Below, piece after piece: positions 37,426-47,585 of a stretch of 64,000 bases of DNA. A program made the translations under genes and the position numbers. Under the pieces are notes generated by a model. The model saw nothing but the letters and a program-made list of their open reading frames with translations, searched no databases and had not been told where the DNA came from. The first letter of the stretch is position 1, and every line of letters begins with the position of its first letter. Origin of the DNA: an uncultured Pseudomonadota bacterium (GTDB taxonomy: Bacteria > Myxococcota_A > Polyangia > Fen-1088); assembly GCA_963847705.1 (NCBI GenBank), contig CAWKBC010000030.1, positions 352,001 through 416,000 of the forward strand, in the 5' to 3' direction.

Positions 37426-38241
37426 TCAGGCGCGGAACGTTCCGGTGATGACCAGGCGGCAGGTGCCGCCGAGGCGGACGCGCTCGCCGTCGAGCGCGCA
37501 GGAGAGCTCCCCCGCCCGGCGGCTCACCTGGCGCGCGCGCAGGCGCTGCTTGCCGAGGCGCGCGGCCCAGTAGGGGGCGAGCGTGCAGTGCGCGGAGCCG
37601 GTCACCGGATCCTCGGGGATGCCGTGCGCCGGCGCGAAGAACCGCGAGACGAAGTCGACGGCAGGCGCTTCGTCTGCGCCGGTCGCGGTGACGCAGACGC
37701 CGGTCCCCAAGGCGGCCACCGCGGCGAAATCCGGTGTCACGGCGCGCACCGCCGCCGCGCTCTCCAGCTCCGCAAAGTAGGCCGATTTGCCGAGGACCAC
37801 CTGGCGCGGCTCGACGCCGATCGCCCGCGCGACGCGGCTCTTGATCTCGACGCCGACCGGCTGCGGCGCCGAGAGGGGGAGATCCAGAACCATCTCGCCC
37901 CTCTCGCCGCGCTCGACGGACAAGAGGCCGCTGCGGGTCCGGAAGGTCACCTTGGCGCGGGCCGGAGCGATCTCGGTGAGAAGCACGAACCCGGAGGCGA
38001 GCGTGGCGTGCCCGCAGAGCTCGACCTCCACCGTCGGCGTGAACCAGCGAAGGCCGAGGACCTCTTCGCCGCTGCCGCGCCCGACGTCGATGAAGGCGGT
38101 CTCGGAGAGGTTGTTCTCCGCGGCGATCGCCTGCATGACGGCGTCGGGGAGGGGCGCCTCCACCAGGCAGACCGCGGCGGGGTTTCCGGCGAAGGGCCGG
38201 TCGGCAAAAGCGTCGACTTGATAGAGGGGGAGGTTCGGCAC
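37426..38241 (-). CDS. PhzF-family isomerase
   Basis: DAFADRPFAGNPAAV, NLSETAF, EVELCGHATLA, EDPVTGSAH. Confidence 0.92.
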   Translation of the reverse strand: MPNLPLYQVDAFADRPFAGNPAAVCLVEAPLPDAVMQAIAAENNLSETAFIDVGRGSGEEVLGLRWFTPTVEVELCGHATLASGFVLLTEIAPARAKVTFRTRSGLLSVERGERGEMVLDLPLSAPQPVGVEIKSRVARAIGVEPRQVVLGKSAYFAELESAAAVRAVTPDFAAVAALGTGVCVTATGADEAPAVDFVSRFFAPAHGIPEDPVTGSAHCTLAPYWAARLGKQRLRARQVSRRAGELSCALDGERVRLGGTCRLVITGTFRA

Positions 38242-38296
38242 GCCTCGAGGATATCTCAGCCGGCTCGGTCGAGCCGGCTCGCGAACTTCGCGTCAG

Positions 38297-39305
38297 CTAC
38301 CAGAGATCGAGATCGCGAAACCCCGTGCCGAGCCCGCCGGTCGTGCCGGGCGGGGGGATGGTCGGCGGTGCCGGCGGGGCCATGGCGCCGGGGCCCGCGC
38401 TGCCGCCAGTGCCCGCGCTGCCGCCAGTGCCCGCGCTGCCGCCGGTGCCCGGCGTGCTGCCGCTGGTGCCGCCCGTCGCCGAGGTGGTGCCGCTCTGGCG
38501 CCACACGGTGACCGGGTTGTTCCAGCCGGCGCAGGCCTTGAAGCCATCGGCCGAGTACGGGTTGTCGGCCTTTGTGCAATTGCTGGCGGCGCTGCAGAGG
38601 GCGTACTGGCTGCCGAACGCGTTGACGTAGGGCGGGCTCGTCTGCGCCGAGCCGAGGCGTCCCGTCGGCGGGTTGGTCTTCACCTGCGGCCCCGCGCAGT
38701 AGTACATCGGGTAGGTGCCCTGGGCGGCGCCGTGGGCGCCGGTCGTGAAGATGTTGCCGAAGAACGTCGCCTCCTCGTTCGGGTAGGAGGGATCGAGACC
38801 CCAGCCGACGGCGGTGTTCGGAGACACCAGCCAGAGCGGGATGTGGACGCCGGAGGTGTTGACGTGGGCCAGCATGCAGGCCGAGACATTCTCCTGGCAG
38901 GTCGCGTCACAAGAGCCGTTCTCCCACTGCGGGGCCATCCCGAGGAGGCCGGTGAACGTGTAGCTGGTCCCGGTCGCATCCGTCTTCACGATCGACGCGC
39001 CCTCCGGAAGCGCGCAGCGGACGAGATAGGCGATTCTGAGTGCGACCGGCGGCGGTCGTCATCAGGCCGTTGACGGTGCTGAGGCCGTTGACGGTGCTGA
39101 GGCCGTTGACGGTGCTGAGGCCGTTGACGGTGCTGAGGCCGTTGACGGTGCTGAGGCCGTTCGTCGACGCCAGGTCGGCGGTGACCGTGGTCGTCCCCAC
39201 ATCGTCCTCACCCGGCTCGCCGCACCCCACCAGGGGGATGACCAGGGCGGCCCCGAAATAAAGCGGGAGCCACTTCCATTCTGAACACCGCGTCTCAGCT
39301 CGCAT
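38297..39305 (-). CDS. Lipoprotein with (NGLSTV)n repeats, frameshifted at 39032-39038
   Basis: LVGC lipobox, NGL repeats; continues as QIAYLVRCALP...CQENVSAC if one A of CAGAATC is removed. Confidence 0.7.
39062..39162 (-). repeat. 18-bp coding tandem repeat (NGLSTV), about 5.5 copies
   Basis: GAGGCCGTTGACGGTGCT units. Confidence 0.9.
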
Positions 39306-39668
39306 CGCTTAGACACGACTGCAATAGGTATGCTAGTTCACCAAATTAATCCGTCTTAAGGATTTCGGTCAGTTGCCTGGAAGGCCAAGAAAGGCTCACG
39401 TGTAGGGCTGTTGACGTCGGGGCGTCAGTCTCGTTGTACGGGCCGCAACAAGCTGCGGGGTCTGGGCCCCGGAATGTCGGCGAAACCGCCCGTTCGTCCG
39501 GTGGAAAACTGGTTGGGGTTTTGATGGCGCCTGTGTACGATAGCCACCGCATTTCGGCCCCGCGCTCGACACGATGTCTGCGGCCAGTTGGAGCGCAGCG
39601 ACGTCAAGGTCGCGGTCGTCCCCAGCGCGTGTTCGGCGCTCCGAATCCCCCCATAAGGAGTCTTGAAG

Positions 39669-42023
39669 ATGCTTGCACGTAACGCCTCTCCCTTCGCCTT
39701 GGTCACTGTCCTCGGATCCGCATTGTTCGTGGTTGGCTGCGCCCAGCCCGCCACCAGTCCCGGCGGCGGGACCGGTGGTAGCGGCAATGGGACCGGCGGC
39801 AGCGGCAATGGGACCGGTGGCAGCGGCAATGGGACCGGTGGCAATGGCAACGGTACTGGCGGAAGCGGCACGGGCACGGGCGGCAACAGCACGGGGACCG
39901 GCGGTACCAACACGGGGACCGGCGGCCGGGTCACGGGGACCGGCGGGAACAGCACCGGCACTGGCGGGACTGGGACTGGCGGGACCGGGACTGGGACCGG
40001 CGGGACCGGCACCGGCACCGGCGGGACCGGCACGGGCACGGGCGGAACCGGCACGGGCACGGGGGGCACGGGCGCCGGCACCGGCGGTGGCGGCGGATCC
40101 CGCCCCTCGGGTTGCCCTGCGGATCCCAACACCATCTCTGATTTCGAAGAGGGAACAACCGGCGTCGTCATCCCGCAGGGGGGGCGCACCGGCTGGTGGT
40201 ACGTGTTCTCGGACGCCACCAACAACGGCGGGATGTCCCCGGCGGCGAGCTCGACCGGACCGATCACCTCCACGATGCTCCCGTCGAGCGATCCCAACTC
40301 CGGCACCTGCGACAAGTGGGACATGGAGGTCAAGACGACCGCCGCCCACACCACGTGGGGCGCCGGGTTCGGCACGTCGCTCGACCAGATCATTCCGCCA
40401 CCGACCAGCACGACGGCCAAGACGAAGAACCCCTACGACGTGAGCGCGTACAGCGGGATCAGCTTCAACATCAAGTCGGCCTCGGGCACGGCGCCGCCCG
40501 TCTGGTTCGAGCTGGCGACGCTCAACAACCAGCCGGTGCCGGACGGAAGCATCAAGACCTCCGACGGGACCTCGGGCGGGACGGCCTCGGCCCCCAGCAG
40601 CAACGGCACCGACGAGTACAACACCCGCGGCCAGTTGATCAAAAACATCGGGACCAGCTGGACGAAGGTCTACGTTCCGTTCGGGACGCTCGGGCCCCGC
40701 TATCTTCCCGCTTCCACCGCCTCGGTCTGCTCGAACAGCGCCGTCAAGTGCGAGGCGCCTCCGTTCAAGGCGACCGACGTCCTGGGCCTGCAGTTCGCGG
40801 GCTACACCCAGTTCGCGACGGCCGCCGGAACCTTCGACCTGGTCGTCGACGACGTCGCCTTCTACACGGGCAGCAACGGCCTGGCGGCGTTCACGCCCGG
40901 CATGCTCGCCAAGGACGGCGCAGATCTGGGGTCGTGCAAGAAGCCGACGGGCGCCACCATGGACCAGCTCACCAACATGTACGCCAACTGGAAGTCGACC
41001 TTCGTCACCCCCTGCGGAGGCAACTGTGTCATGCGCCCGGAGAATGCGAACGACGTCGTCTCCGAGGGGATCGGTTACGGCATGTTGATCGCCGTCAACA
41101 TGAACGACAAGACGCTGTTTGATGCCCTGTGGTCCTACGAGCAGGGGCACAAGGCAGCGGGCAACCTGATGACCTGGTGCCTCGGCAGCGCGAAGTCGGG
41201 TGGCATGGGCTCGGCCTGCAGCCAGTCGGGCGGCTCCGCGACCGACGCCGACGAGGATATGGCCTTCGCTCTGCTCGTGGCCGACAAGCAGTGGGGCGGG
41301 ACCTACAAGTCGACGGCCACGTCGGTCATCAGCGACATCTGGTCGCACGACATCGACACCTCGTCGATGTTGCCGACTGGTGGCAGCAACTACGGCAACA
41401 CCAGCAGCAAACCGACCGATCCATCGTACTTCGCCCCCTCCTACTACCGCATCTTCGCGACCGTCGACTCGTCGCACGCCTGGGGTACGGTGGCGACCAA
41501 CGTCTACACCGCGATCAACAAAGTGGCGACGAGCTCGGGTCTGGTCCCGGCCTGGTGCAGCAACAACTGCTCGGCGGTTGGCAGCAACGGTGGCAGCGAC
41601 GACGGCATCTACCAGTACGACTCGCACCGGGTGCCGTGGCGGCTCGGCCTGGACGCTTGCTGGAACGGTACGACCACCGGAAGCACGTTCCTGACGAACA
41701 ATGCCAAGTTCTTCCAGAACATCGCTTCTCCCGCGAGCGGTGGCGGCGGTGTCGGACGTATTCAGGACATCTACACGCTCTCCGGCGCCGTCAACGGCGA
41801 CGCCGCACCGAACTCCATGTCGATCATCGGGACCGCGGGCTTCGGCGCGATGGCGGTGGGCAACGCCTTCGCCAGCACGGCGTACCAGTTCGTCCTGGAT
41901 GCGTCGTACTCGCCCGCCTCGACCATCCCCGACACGAACGGCAGAGTGTCGTACTCCTATTTCAACGCGACCGTCGGCCTGCTGACCGCGCTCACCATGA
42001 GCGGCAACTTCAACCACCCGTAA
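39669..42023 (+). CDS. Lipoprotein: Gly/Thr linker, CBM11-like domain, GH8 glycoside hydrolase
   Basis: VSEGIGYGM, ATDADEDMA, DPSYFAP, YDSHRVPWR. Confidence 0.88.
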   Translation: MLARNASPFALVTVLGSALFVVGCAQPATSPGGGTGGSGNGTGGSGNGTGGSGNGTGGNGNGTGGSGTGTGGNSTGTGGTNTGTGGRVTGTGGNSTGTGGTGTGGTGTGTGGTGTGTGGTGTGTGGTGTGTGGTGAGTGGGGGSRPSGCPADPNTISDFEEGTTGVVIPQGGRTGWWYVFSDATNNGGMSPAASSTGPITSTMLPSSDPNSGTCDKWDMEVKTTAAHTTWGAGFGTSLDQIIPPPTSTTAKTKNPYDVSAYSGISFNIKSASGTAPPVWFELATLNNQPVPDGSIKTSDGTSGGTASAPSSNGTDEYNTRGQLIKNIGTSWTKVYVPFGTLGPRYLPASTASVCSNSAVKCEAPPFKATDVLGLQFAGYTQFATAAGTFDLVVDDVAFYTGSNGLAAFTPGMLAKDGADLGSCKKPTGATMDQLTNMYANWKSTFVTPCGGNCVMRPENANDVVSEGIGYGMLIAVNMNDKTLFDALWSYEQGHKAAGNLMTWCLGSAKSGGMGSACSQSGGSATDADEDMAFALLVADKQWGGTYKSTATSVISDIWSHDIDTSSMLPTGGSNYGNTSSKPTDPSYFAPSYYRIFATVDSSHAWGTVATNVYTAINKVATSSGLVPAWCSNNCSAVGSNGGSDDGIYQYDSHRVPWRLGLDACWNGTTTGSTFLTNNAKFFQNIASPASGGGGVGRIQDIYTLSGAVNGDAAPNSMSIIGTAGFGAMAVGNAFASTAYQFVLDASYSPASTIPDTNGRVSYSYFNATVGLLTALTMSGNFNHP

Positions 42024-42179
42024 ATCGAGCGGCGCCTAATGTGGGCGGTGGCCGGGGCGCGGTGTCTGACCCACACCGCGCCGGTCGGCCCTCGGAGGGG
42101 CATATACTGGCCGAGAACACCGGACCTCACCAACGAGGTCGGAGGGCCTTCATAGCCAAGCTCGCTCTCCGGGGTCGGC

Positions 42180-42482
42180 TGGCGCGATTGGTTTTCCTGT
42201 CGGCGATCGCGACCGGCGGCAGTGGAGGCCACTCGCGGATCGGCGGTGGCGCGTCGGGGGGCGCCGCGCCGGCCGGCCGCACAGGTTTCCCGCGAGCTCG
42301 GCGATCTACCAGGACATCTCGGGCGCGGCGGTCGATGCGGAGTCGACCGCGATCATGAGCGCGCTCGATGCGTCGGGGTGAGGGAGCGGGCTCGGGGATC
42401 GATGTCTCGTTCACCATTCTCACTGCAGACGCCAGCGTCACGCGGCGCACGTTCACCTCGAGCGGCGATGAACCCGACTGCC
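42180..42482 (+). pseudogene. Remnant of a secreted-protein gene
   Basis: FPASSAIYQDISGAAVDAESTAIMSALDASG* followed by GIDVSFTIL; internal stop and indel. Confidence 0.35.
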
Positions 42483-42526
42483 GTCGACGTGGAGAACGTG
42501 ATCGCCACGTCGTCGCCCCGAGTAAC

Positions 42527-42799
42527 ATGGCAACTCCTTCGTCGCCCCGTTTCACCGACACCCAGGGCCAGTACCTGGCCTTCATCCACGCCTACGCCTT
42601 GGTCAACGGCCGCCCGCCCGCCGAGGCCGATATCCAGCGCTTCTTCGCTGTCACGCCTCCCAGCGTCCACAACATGATCAAAGAGCTGGAACGACGCGGT
42701 CTCATCACCCGCGTCCCTCGCAGCATCGCTCTTTCGGTACCGGAGGACGAGCTACCCCGTCTCCGGCGACCGATCAAAATCACTGTGGAAAGGTACTAG
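42527..42799 (+). CDS. LexA/MarR-like winged-HTH protein
   Basis: FTDTQGQYLAFI, RPPAEADIQRFF.VTPPSVHNM..LERRGLI. Confidence 0.75.
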   Translation: MATPSSPRFTDTQGQYLAFIHAYALVNGRPPAEADIQRFFAVTPPSVHNMIKELERRGLITRVPRSIALSVPEDELPRLRRPIKITVERY

Positions 42800-44205
42800 T
42801 ACGGCATGCCGGGGATCGGCATCGTCAGCTTGAAGACGCCCTTGCTCGGGGCGGAGCCGCCGAGAGTCCCTTGTGCGGTGATGTAGAGGGTCTTGTGGTC
42901 GCTGCCGCCGAAGGCGGAGTTCGTGAGCTGCCCGCCGCCGGGGATCCCCGTGATGGTGGTGAGGTGGGTGCCGGCCGCGGTGGGGCTCGGGTGGGCGCTG
43001 CCGAAGCTGACCACGTCGATGTCATGCTGGTTCACGCGGACGATGTAGAGATCCCCCGCGCAGTCGATGGACATCCCGTCGGTGGCGTTGTTGTTCAGGT
43101 TGGCGCCGTCGATGGCCGTGGCGGTGGTGACGATCGTGCCGTCCGCGTTGACGGCGTAGGCGTTCACGCCTCCACCGTATCCGACGTAGAGCGTCTTCTC
43201 GTCGAGCGACAGCGTGATGCCGTTCGGACCGCTGAGCGTGCTGATGAGCTCCGTGGCGGTCGAGGCGTTCGGCGGGACCATGTAGACGCCCGTGTTGGGT
43301 TGGGTCGGGCTCGACGTCTGGAAGGAGGGGTCGGTGAAGTAGATCGTCCCGTCGCTGCGGATGGTCAGATCGTTGGGCGAGTTGAATCGCTTGCCGTTGA
43401 ACGAGTCGATGACCGTCGTCTTCACCCCGCCGGGCACGGTGAATCGGACGATGCCGCCCACACCGTGGTTGGCCGTGACGAGGTTTCCGTTCGGGTCGAC
43501 GGCGTTGCCGTTCGATCCGGAGTCCCCGCCGCTGCCCGGCGGATAGAACTGGGTGACGGCGTCGCTCGAATCGATCTTGAGGAGGCGTGACGGCGGCGGG
43601 TTGGGAGAGCCGAGCATCTCCGAGAAGTAGAGCGCGTTGCCGATCCAGACGGGACCCTCGACGTTGGTGAAGCCGTTGCCCTGACTGCCGTCGAAGCTGT
43701 CCATGGGGGGCGCTCCGGCAATCCGGGTCGCCGTGCTGCCGGCGGGGATCGCGCTCGCGGCCGGGCTGGTCATGCCGGACGGGCAGGCGTACGGCGTGAA
43801 ACCTGAGCCGCTGCCGGCCGCGCCGCCGCTGCCGCCGGCCTGCCCCCCGCTGCCGGTCGCGCCACCGGTGGCCGACCCGCCGGTGCCGCTGCCGCCGGAG
43901 CCGGTGACGCCGCCGGTGCCGCTGCCGCCCGAGCCGGTGACGCCGCCCGTGCTGGTGCTGCCGCCGGTGCCGGAGTTGGAGCCGCCCGTGCCGGTCGAGC
44001 CGCCGGTCCCGGTGTTGGAACCGCCGGTGCCAGGGTGGGAGCCGCCGCTTCCGGTGTTCCCGCCGCTGCTGCCGCCAGTGCCGGTCGCGCCCTGGCCCCC
44101 GGTGCCGCCGCCACTGCCGCCGGCGCAGGCCAGAAAGGCGACTGAGCAGGCGAGTGGAATGAAGGAAGAGCGCAGACGAATCTTACGAGTGGGGGCGATA
44201 AACAT
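42796..44205 (-). CDS. SMP-30/gluconolactonase lipoprotein with Gly-rich linker
   Basis: FLAC lipobox; EGPVW, NSPNDL, YFTDP, PNGI, DGMSIDCAG. Confidence 0.88.
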   Translation of the reverse strand: MFIAPTRKIRLRSSFIPLACSVAFLACAGGSGGGTGGQGATGTGGSSGGNTGSGGSHPGTGGSNTGTGGSTGTGGSNSGTGGSTSTGGVTGSGGSGTGGVTGSGGSGTGGSATGGATGSGGQAGGSGGAAGSGSGFTPYACPSGMTSPAASAIPAGSTATRIAGAPPMDSFDGSQGNGFTNVEGPVWIGNALYFSEMLGSPNPPPSRLLKIDSSDAVTQFYPPGSGGDSGSNGNAVDPNGNLVTANHGVGGIVRFTVPGGVKTTVIDSFNGKRFNSPNDLTIRSDGTIYFTDPSFQTSSPTQPNTGVYMVPPNASTATELISTLSGPNGITLSLDEKTLYVGYGGGVNAYAVNADGTIVTTATAIDGANLNNNATDGMSIDCAGDLYIVRVNQHDIDVVSFGSAHPSPTAAGTHLTTITGIPGGGQLTNSAFGGSDHKTLYITAQGTLGGSAPSKGVFKLTMPIPGMPY

Positions 44206-44304
44206 TTCGGGAATCTATCACGGCCCGGGGGCCCGGATCCGTGCGCCAGGCACGCTTCCGTGCTGCCACCGGGCCCCGAAATCATGTTATGAAACCGGGG
44301 CCTC

Positions 44305-44379
44305 GGTGCCGTGGCCAAGTGGTAAGGCAAGGGTCTGCAAAACCCTCATTCCCCGGTTCAAATCCGGGCGGCACCTCCA
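44305..44379 (+). tRNA. tRNA-Cys(GCA)
   Basis: GGTGCCGTGGCCAAGTGGTAAGGCAAGGGTCTGCAAAACCCT...GGTTCAAATCCGGGCGGCACCTCCA. Confidence 0.95.
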
Positions 44380-44448
44380 AGACTTTCTGACTTCACCCTC
44401 TGGCGCCCAGAGGTCTCGAGCTGATCGCGTCGCTCTGCTCGCGCGAGC

Positions 44449-44482
44449 CCATCGCGGGGGCGCGGGACCCTCCCAGGGTCCC
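44449..44482 (-). repeat. REP-like palindrome (family with 45659 and 50344)
   Basis: GGGACCCTGGGAGGGTCCCGCGCCCCCGCGATGG on the minus strand. Confidence 0.6.
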
Positions 44483-44484
44483 GA

Positions 44485-45654
44485 CTAGAACGACAATTTT
44501 CCCAGGACGCGGGGGCCGGCGGCGCCGGTGACGGCCGGGATGTTGCCGGCGGCGCCGAACAGCGTCTGGTTGGCGAGGACGGCGAAGGCGATCGCCTCCT
44601 TCGCCTCGGGGTCGACGCCCAGGGCGGCCAGGCTCTGCACGGGGATCGGCGCCAGCAACTCGACCAGGTGGCGCATGAGGGTCGGGTTGAGCGCGCCGCC
44701 GCCCGAGACGTAGACCTCGTCGGGCATGGCGGGGAGCGCCTCGCGATAGCTGCGGGCGATCGCCTCGGCGGAAAAGCGGGTCAGCGTCGCCAGCAGATCG
44801 TCCTTGCAGTCGCCGAAGCGGGTGAGGAGCGGGTAGACGAACTCCCTGCCGAAGTCCTCGCGCCCGGTGCTCTTGGGCGGCGGCTGCGACAGGAAGGGAT
44901 GGCGGTGCAGCTCGGTCAAGAGCGCGTCGTCGATCTTTCCGCGGGCCGCGCGGATGCCGTCGCGGTCGAACGCCTCGACGCCGTCGGAGGCGGCGCGGGC
45001 CACGGTGTCGAGCGGCATGTTGCCGGGGGCGTTGTCGAAGGCGACCAGATCGGCGAGGCGCTCGCTCACCAGCGTGACGTTGGCGATGCCGCCGATGTTC
45101 TGCATGGCGCGCCGGCGGCCGGGCGCGCGGAACAGGAGGTGGTCGGCCAGCGGCACCAGCGGCGCCCCTTCGCCGCCAGCCGCGACGTCGCGGACCCGGA
45201 AGTCGCTCACCACCGGGCAGCCGGTCCGCTCGGCGATGACCGCCGCCTCGCCGATCTGCAGCGTGGCGCCGACGCGTCCGGCGGAGCGGGGGTGGTGCAC
45301 GGCGGTCTGGCCGTGCGAGCCGATGAGGTCGACGTCGCCGAGCGGCACGCCGGCCGCCGCCGCCACGGCGATGGCCGCCTCGGCGAAGGACTCACCGAGC
45401 AACACGTCGAGGTCGCACAGCTCGGAGGCGTTGGCCTCCGCCAGGCGGAAGATCCTTTCGCGCAGCGGGCGGGCGAACGGGGTGCTGACGAAGCCGCGCA
45501 CCGTGCAGCGGGTGGTGTCGTCGACCCCCTCGATGGCGCAGAGCGCGGCGTCGGTCCCGTCGGCGCTGGTCCCCGACAGCAGGCCGATCACCAGCCGCTC
45601 GGGGCGGGCGCGGGCAGCCTGAAGGCGCGCCAGCGGCGCGCGCGCGACGTTCAT
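44485..45654 (-). CDS. anmK: Anhydro-N-acetylmuramic acid kinase
   Basis: GLLSGTSADGTD, GSHGQT, DFR..DVAAGGEGAPLVP, NIGGIAN, PPKSTGRE. Confidence 0.95.
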   Translation of the reverse strand: MNVARAPLARLQAARARPERLVIGLLSGTSADGTDAALCAIEGVDDTTRCTVRGFVSTPFARPLRERIFRLAEANASELCDLDVLLGESFAEAAIAVAAAAGVPLGDVDLIGSHGQTAVHHPRSAGRVGATLQIGEAAVIAERTGCPVVSDFRVRDVAAGGEGAPLVPLADHLLFRAPGRRRAMQNIGGIANVTLVSERLADLVAFDNAPGNMPLDTVARAASDGVEAFDRDGIRAARGKIDDALLTELHRHPFLSQPPPKSTGREDFGREFVYPLLTRFGDCKDDLLATLTRFSAEAIARSYREALPAMPDEVYVSGGGALNPTLMRHLVELLAPIPVQSLAALGVDPEAKEAIAFAVLANQTLFGAAGNIPAVTGAAGPRVLGKLSF

Positions 45655-45658
45655 GTGC

Positions 45659-45695
45659 GGGAACCCTGGGAGGGTTCCCGCCCCTCCCGCGATGG
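45659..45695 (+). repeat. REP-like palindrome
   Basis: GGGAACCCTGGGAGGGTTCCCGCCCCTCCCGCGATGG. Confidence 0.6.
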
Positions 45696-45772
45696 ACGAC
45701 AAACCACTCCGCGAAGGAGGACCTTCGCAGGGACCCCAGGCTGGGCAAAGCCCAGCTTCGTCCGCGCGGCTG

Positions 45773-46717
45773 TCATACCACCTCGGTCGGCGCGCGGACC
45801 GGCAGATCGCCGACGATCGCCCGCAGCGAACCCTTGTGCGTCACCAGCAGCTCACGCGCGCGCGGCGCCGAGACCCCGGCGTGGTGCATGACGAGCGCGA
45901 CCTTGGCCCGACCTCCGGCCTTCTCGATCAGCTTGCGCGCCGTGGCCTCGTCCAGCCCCGAGAGGGAGCGAACGATCCGGATGGCGCGCGCCCAGAGCTT
46001 GGCGTTGGTGGGCCGGACGTCGACCATCAGCCCGGCGTAGGTCTTCCCCAGCAGCACGAACGCCGTGGTGGAGATGGCGTTCAGCGCCACCTTGGTGGCG
46101 GTCCCCGCCTTGAGCCGCGTCGAGCCGGCGATCACCTCGGGGCCGGTGTCGAGCGCCACGACCACGTCGGCCGGCATGTCGCCGCCGCTCGCCGCGCAGG
46201 TCACGAAGATGGTGGCCGCCCGGCGGAAGCGGGCGTACTCGAGGGCGGCGCGTACGAACGGCGTCACGCCCGAGGCCGCCACGCCGCACACCACATCGGC
46301 CGGTCCCACCGCCACGCGCCGCATCCGCTGCTCGGCGTCGCGGGTGTTGTCCTCGGCGCCTTCGACGGAGCGGGTGAGCGCGGAGGGGCCGCCGGCGATG
46401 ATGGCGACTAGGCGCGAGGGCGGGACGCCGAAGGTGGGGACGCACTCGACCGCGTCGAGCGTGCCGAGGCGTCCGGAGGTCCCGGCGCCGACGTAGACCA
46501 GCCGCCCCCCGGCCCCCAGCTTGTCCGCCGCCAGCCGTGCCGCCCGCCCGATCGCGTCGGCCTGCGTTCGCGCGGAAGCGATCGCCTTGGCCTCCTCGGA
46601 CAGCATCAGGGCGGCGATCGCCTCGGGCGCCAGCGTGTCCAGCCGGGTGGCGCGGGGATGCACGGCCTCCGTGGCAAGCCGCGCGAAGTCCGACGCCGTT
46701 CGGCGAGGTCCGGGCAC
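45773..46717 (-). CDS. murQ: N-acetylmuramic acid 6-phosphate etherase
   Basis: YVGAGTSGRLG.LDA.EC.PTF, GPEVIAGSTRLKAGTA. Confidence 0.95.
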   Translation of the reverse strand: MPGPRRTASDFARLATEAVHPRATRLDTLAPEAIAALMLSEEAKAIASARTQADAIGRAARLAADKLGAGGRLVYVGAGTSGRLGTLDAVECVPTFGVPPSRLVAIIAGGPSALTRSVEGAEDNTRDAEQRMRRVAVGPADVVCGVAASGVTPFVRAALEYARFRRAATIFVTCAASGGDMPADVVVALDTGPEVIAGSTRLKAGTATKVALNAISTTAFVLLGKTYAGLMVDVRPTNAKLWARAIRIVRSLSGLDEATARKLIEKAGGRAKVALVMHHAGVSAPRARELLVTHKGSLRAIVGDLPVRAPTEVV

Positions 46718-46749
46718 GGTGTCTATCTTACCGCGTGGACGGCGCCGGG

Positions 46750-47583
46750 CTAAGCCCGGTGCTGTCCTTCGCGGGAGGAGGCGAGGCCCAGTACGGCGCG
46801 CATGTCGTGGAGCCCCGGCTCGCGGCCGGCGACCCAGAGCGCGGCACGCACGGCGCCGACCGCGAAGGTGTCGCGCGTGGAGGCGCGGTGGGTGATCTCC
46901 AGCCGGTCGCCGTTGCCCAGGAAGAAGACGGTGTGGTCGCCGACCACGTCGCCGCCCCGAATCGTCTGCACGCCGATCTCGCTCGCCGCCCGCGGACCGA
47001 TGTCGCCGTGGCGGGCATAGCGGCCGGCGCTGGCCAGCTTGCGCCCGGTGGCATTGGCCAGCGTCTCGGCCAGGGTCAGCGCCGTCCCCGAGGGCGCGTC
47101 CTGCTTGGCCCGATGGTGCGCCTCGACGATCTCCAGATCGTAGCCGGGGCCGAGCGCGCGGGCCGCGTCGGCGATCAGCTTGAGCATGACGTTGATGCCG
47201 ACGGAGTAGTTGGAGGCGAAGACGATCGGGATCTTCAGCGCGGCGAAGTCGATGGCCGCGCGGGCATGGGTGCCGACCCCCGTCGTGCCGATCACCAGGG
47301 CCGTGCCGGCGGCGGTCGCGGCCACGGCGACCGCCTCGGTGGCGCTGGCGTTGGTGAAGTCGATCCAGACGTCGGCAACGCCCCGGGCCGGCAGCGCCGA
47401 GTCGATGAGGACGCCCGTCGCTTCGATCCCGGCGCGCAGACCGGCGTCCGCTCCGATCGCAGCCGCGCCGGCCCGCTCGGAGGCGGCGGTCAGCACGGCC
47501 TCGCTCCCGGCGGCTTTCACGGCGCGGGTGAGCGCGCGTCCCATCCGCCCGTCGGCTCCGAGAACGGCGATCCGGACCGGCAT
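46750..47583 (-). CDS. dapB: 4-hydroxy-tetrahydrodipicolinate reductase
   Basis: GADGRMG, IGTTG, EAHHRAKQDAPSGTA, RGGDVVGDH. Confidence 0.95.
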   Translation of the reverse strand: MPVRIAVLGADGRMGRALTRAVKAAGSEAVLTAASERAGAAAIGADAGLRAGIEATGVLIDSALPARGVADVWIDFTNASATEAVAVAATAAGTALVIGTTGVGTHARAAIDFAALKIPIVFASNYSVGINVMLKLIADAARALGPGYDLEIVEAHHRAKQDAPSGTALTLAETLANATGRKLASAGRYARHGDIGPRAASEIGVQTIRGGDVVGDHTVFFLGNGDRLEITHRASTRDTFAVGAVRAALWVAGREPGLHDMRAVLGLASSREGQHRA

Positions 47584-47585
47584 GG

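Noticed and set aside
39396-42017. Long antisense or alternate-frame ORFs (also 3582-6176, 35352-37448, 57258-59903, 61297-63873)
   Set aside because: Arg/Gly/Pro-rich shadows of real high-GC genes; only the distal part of 3582-6176 is a real lipoprotein frame
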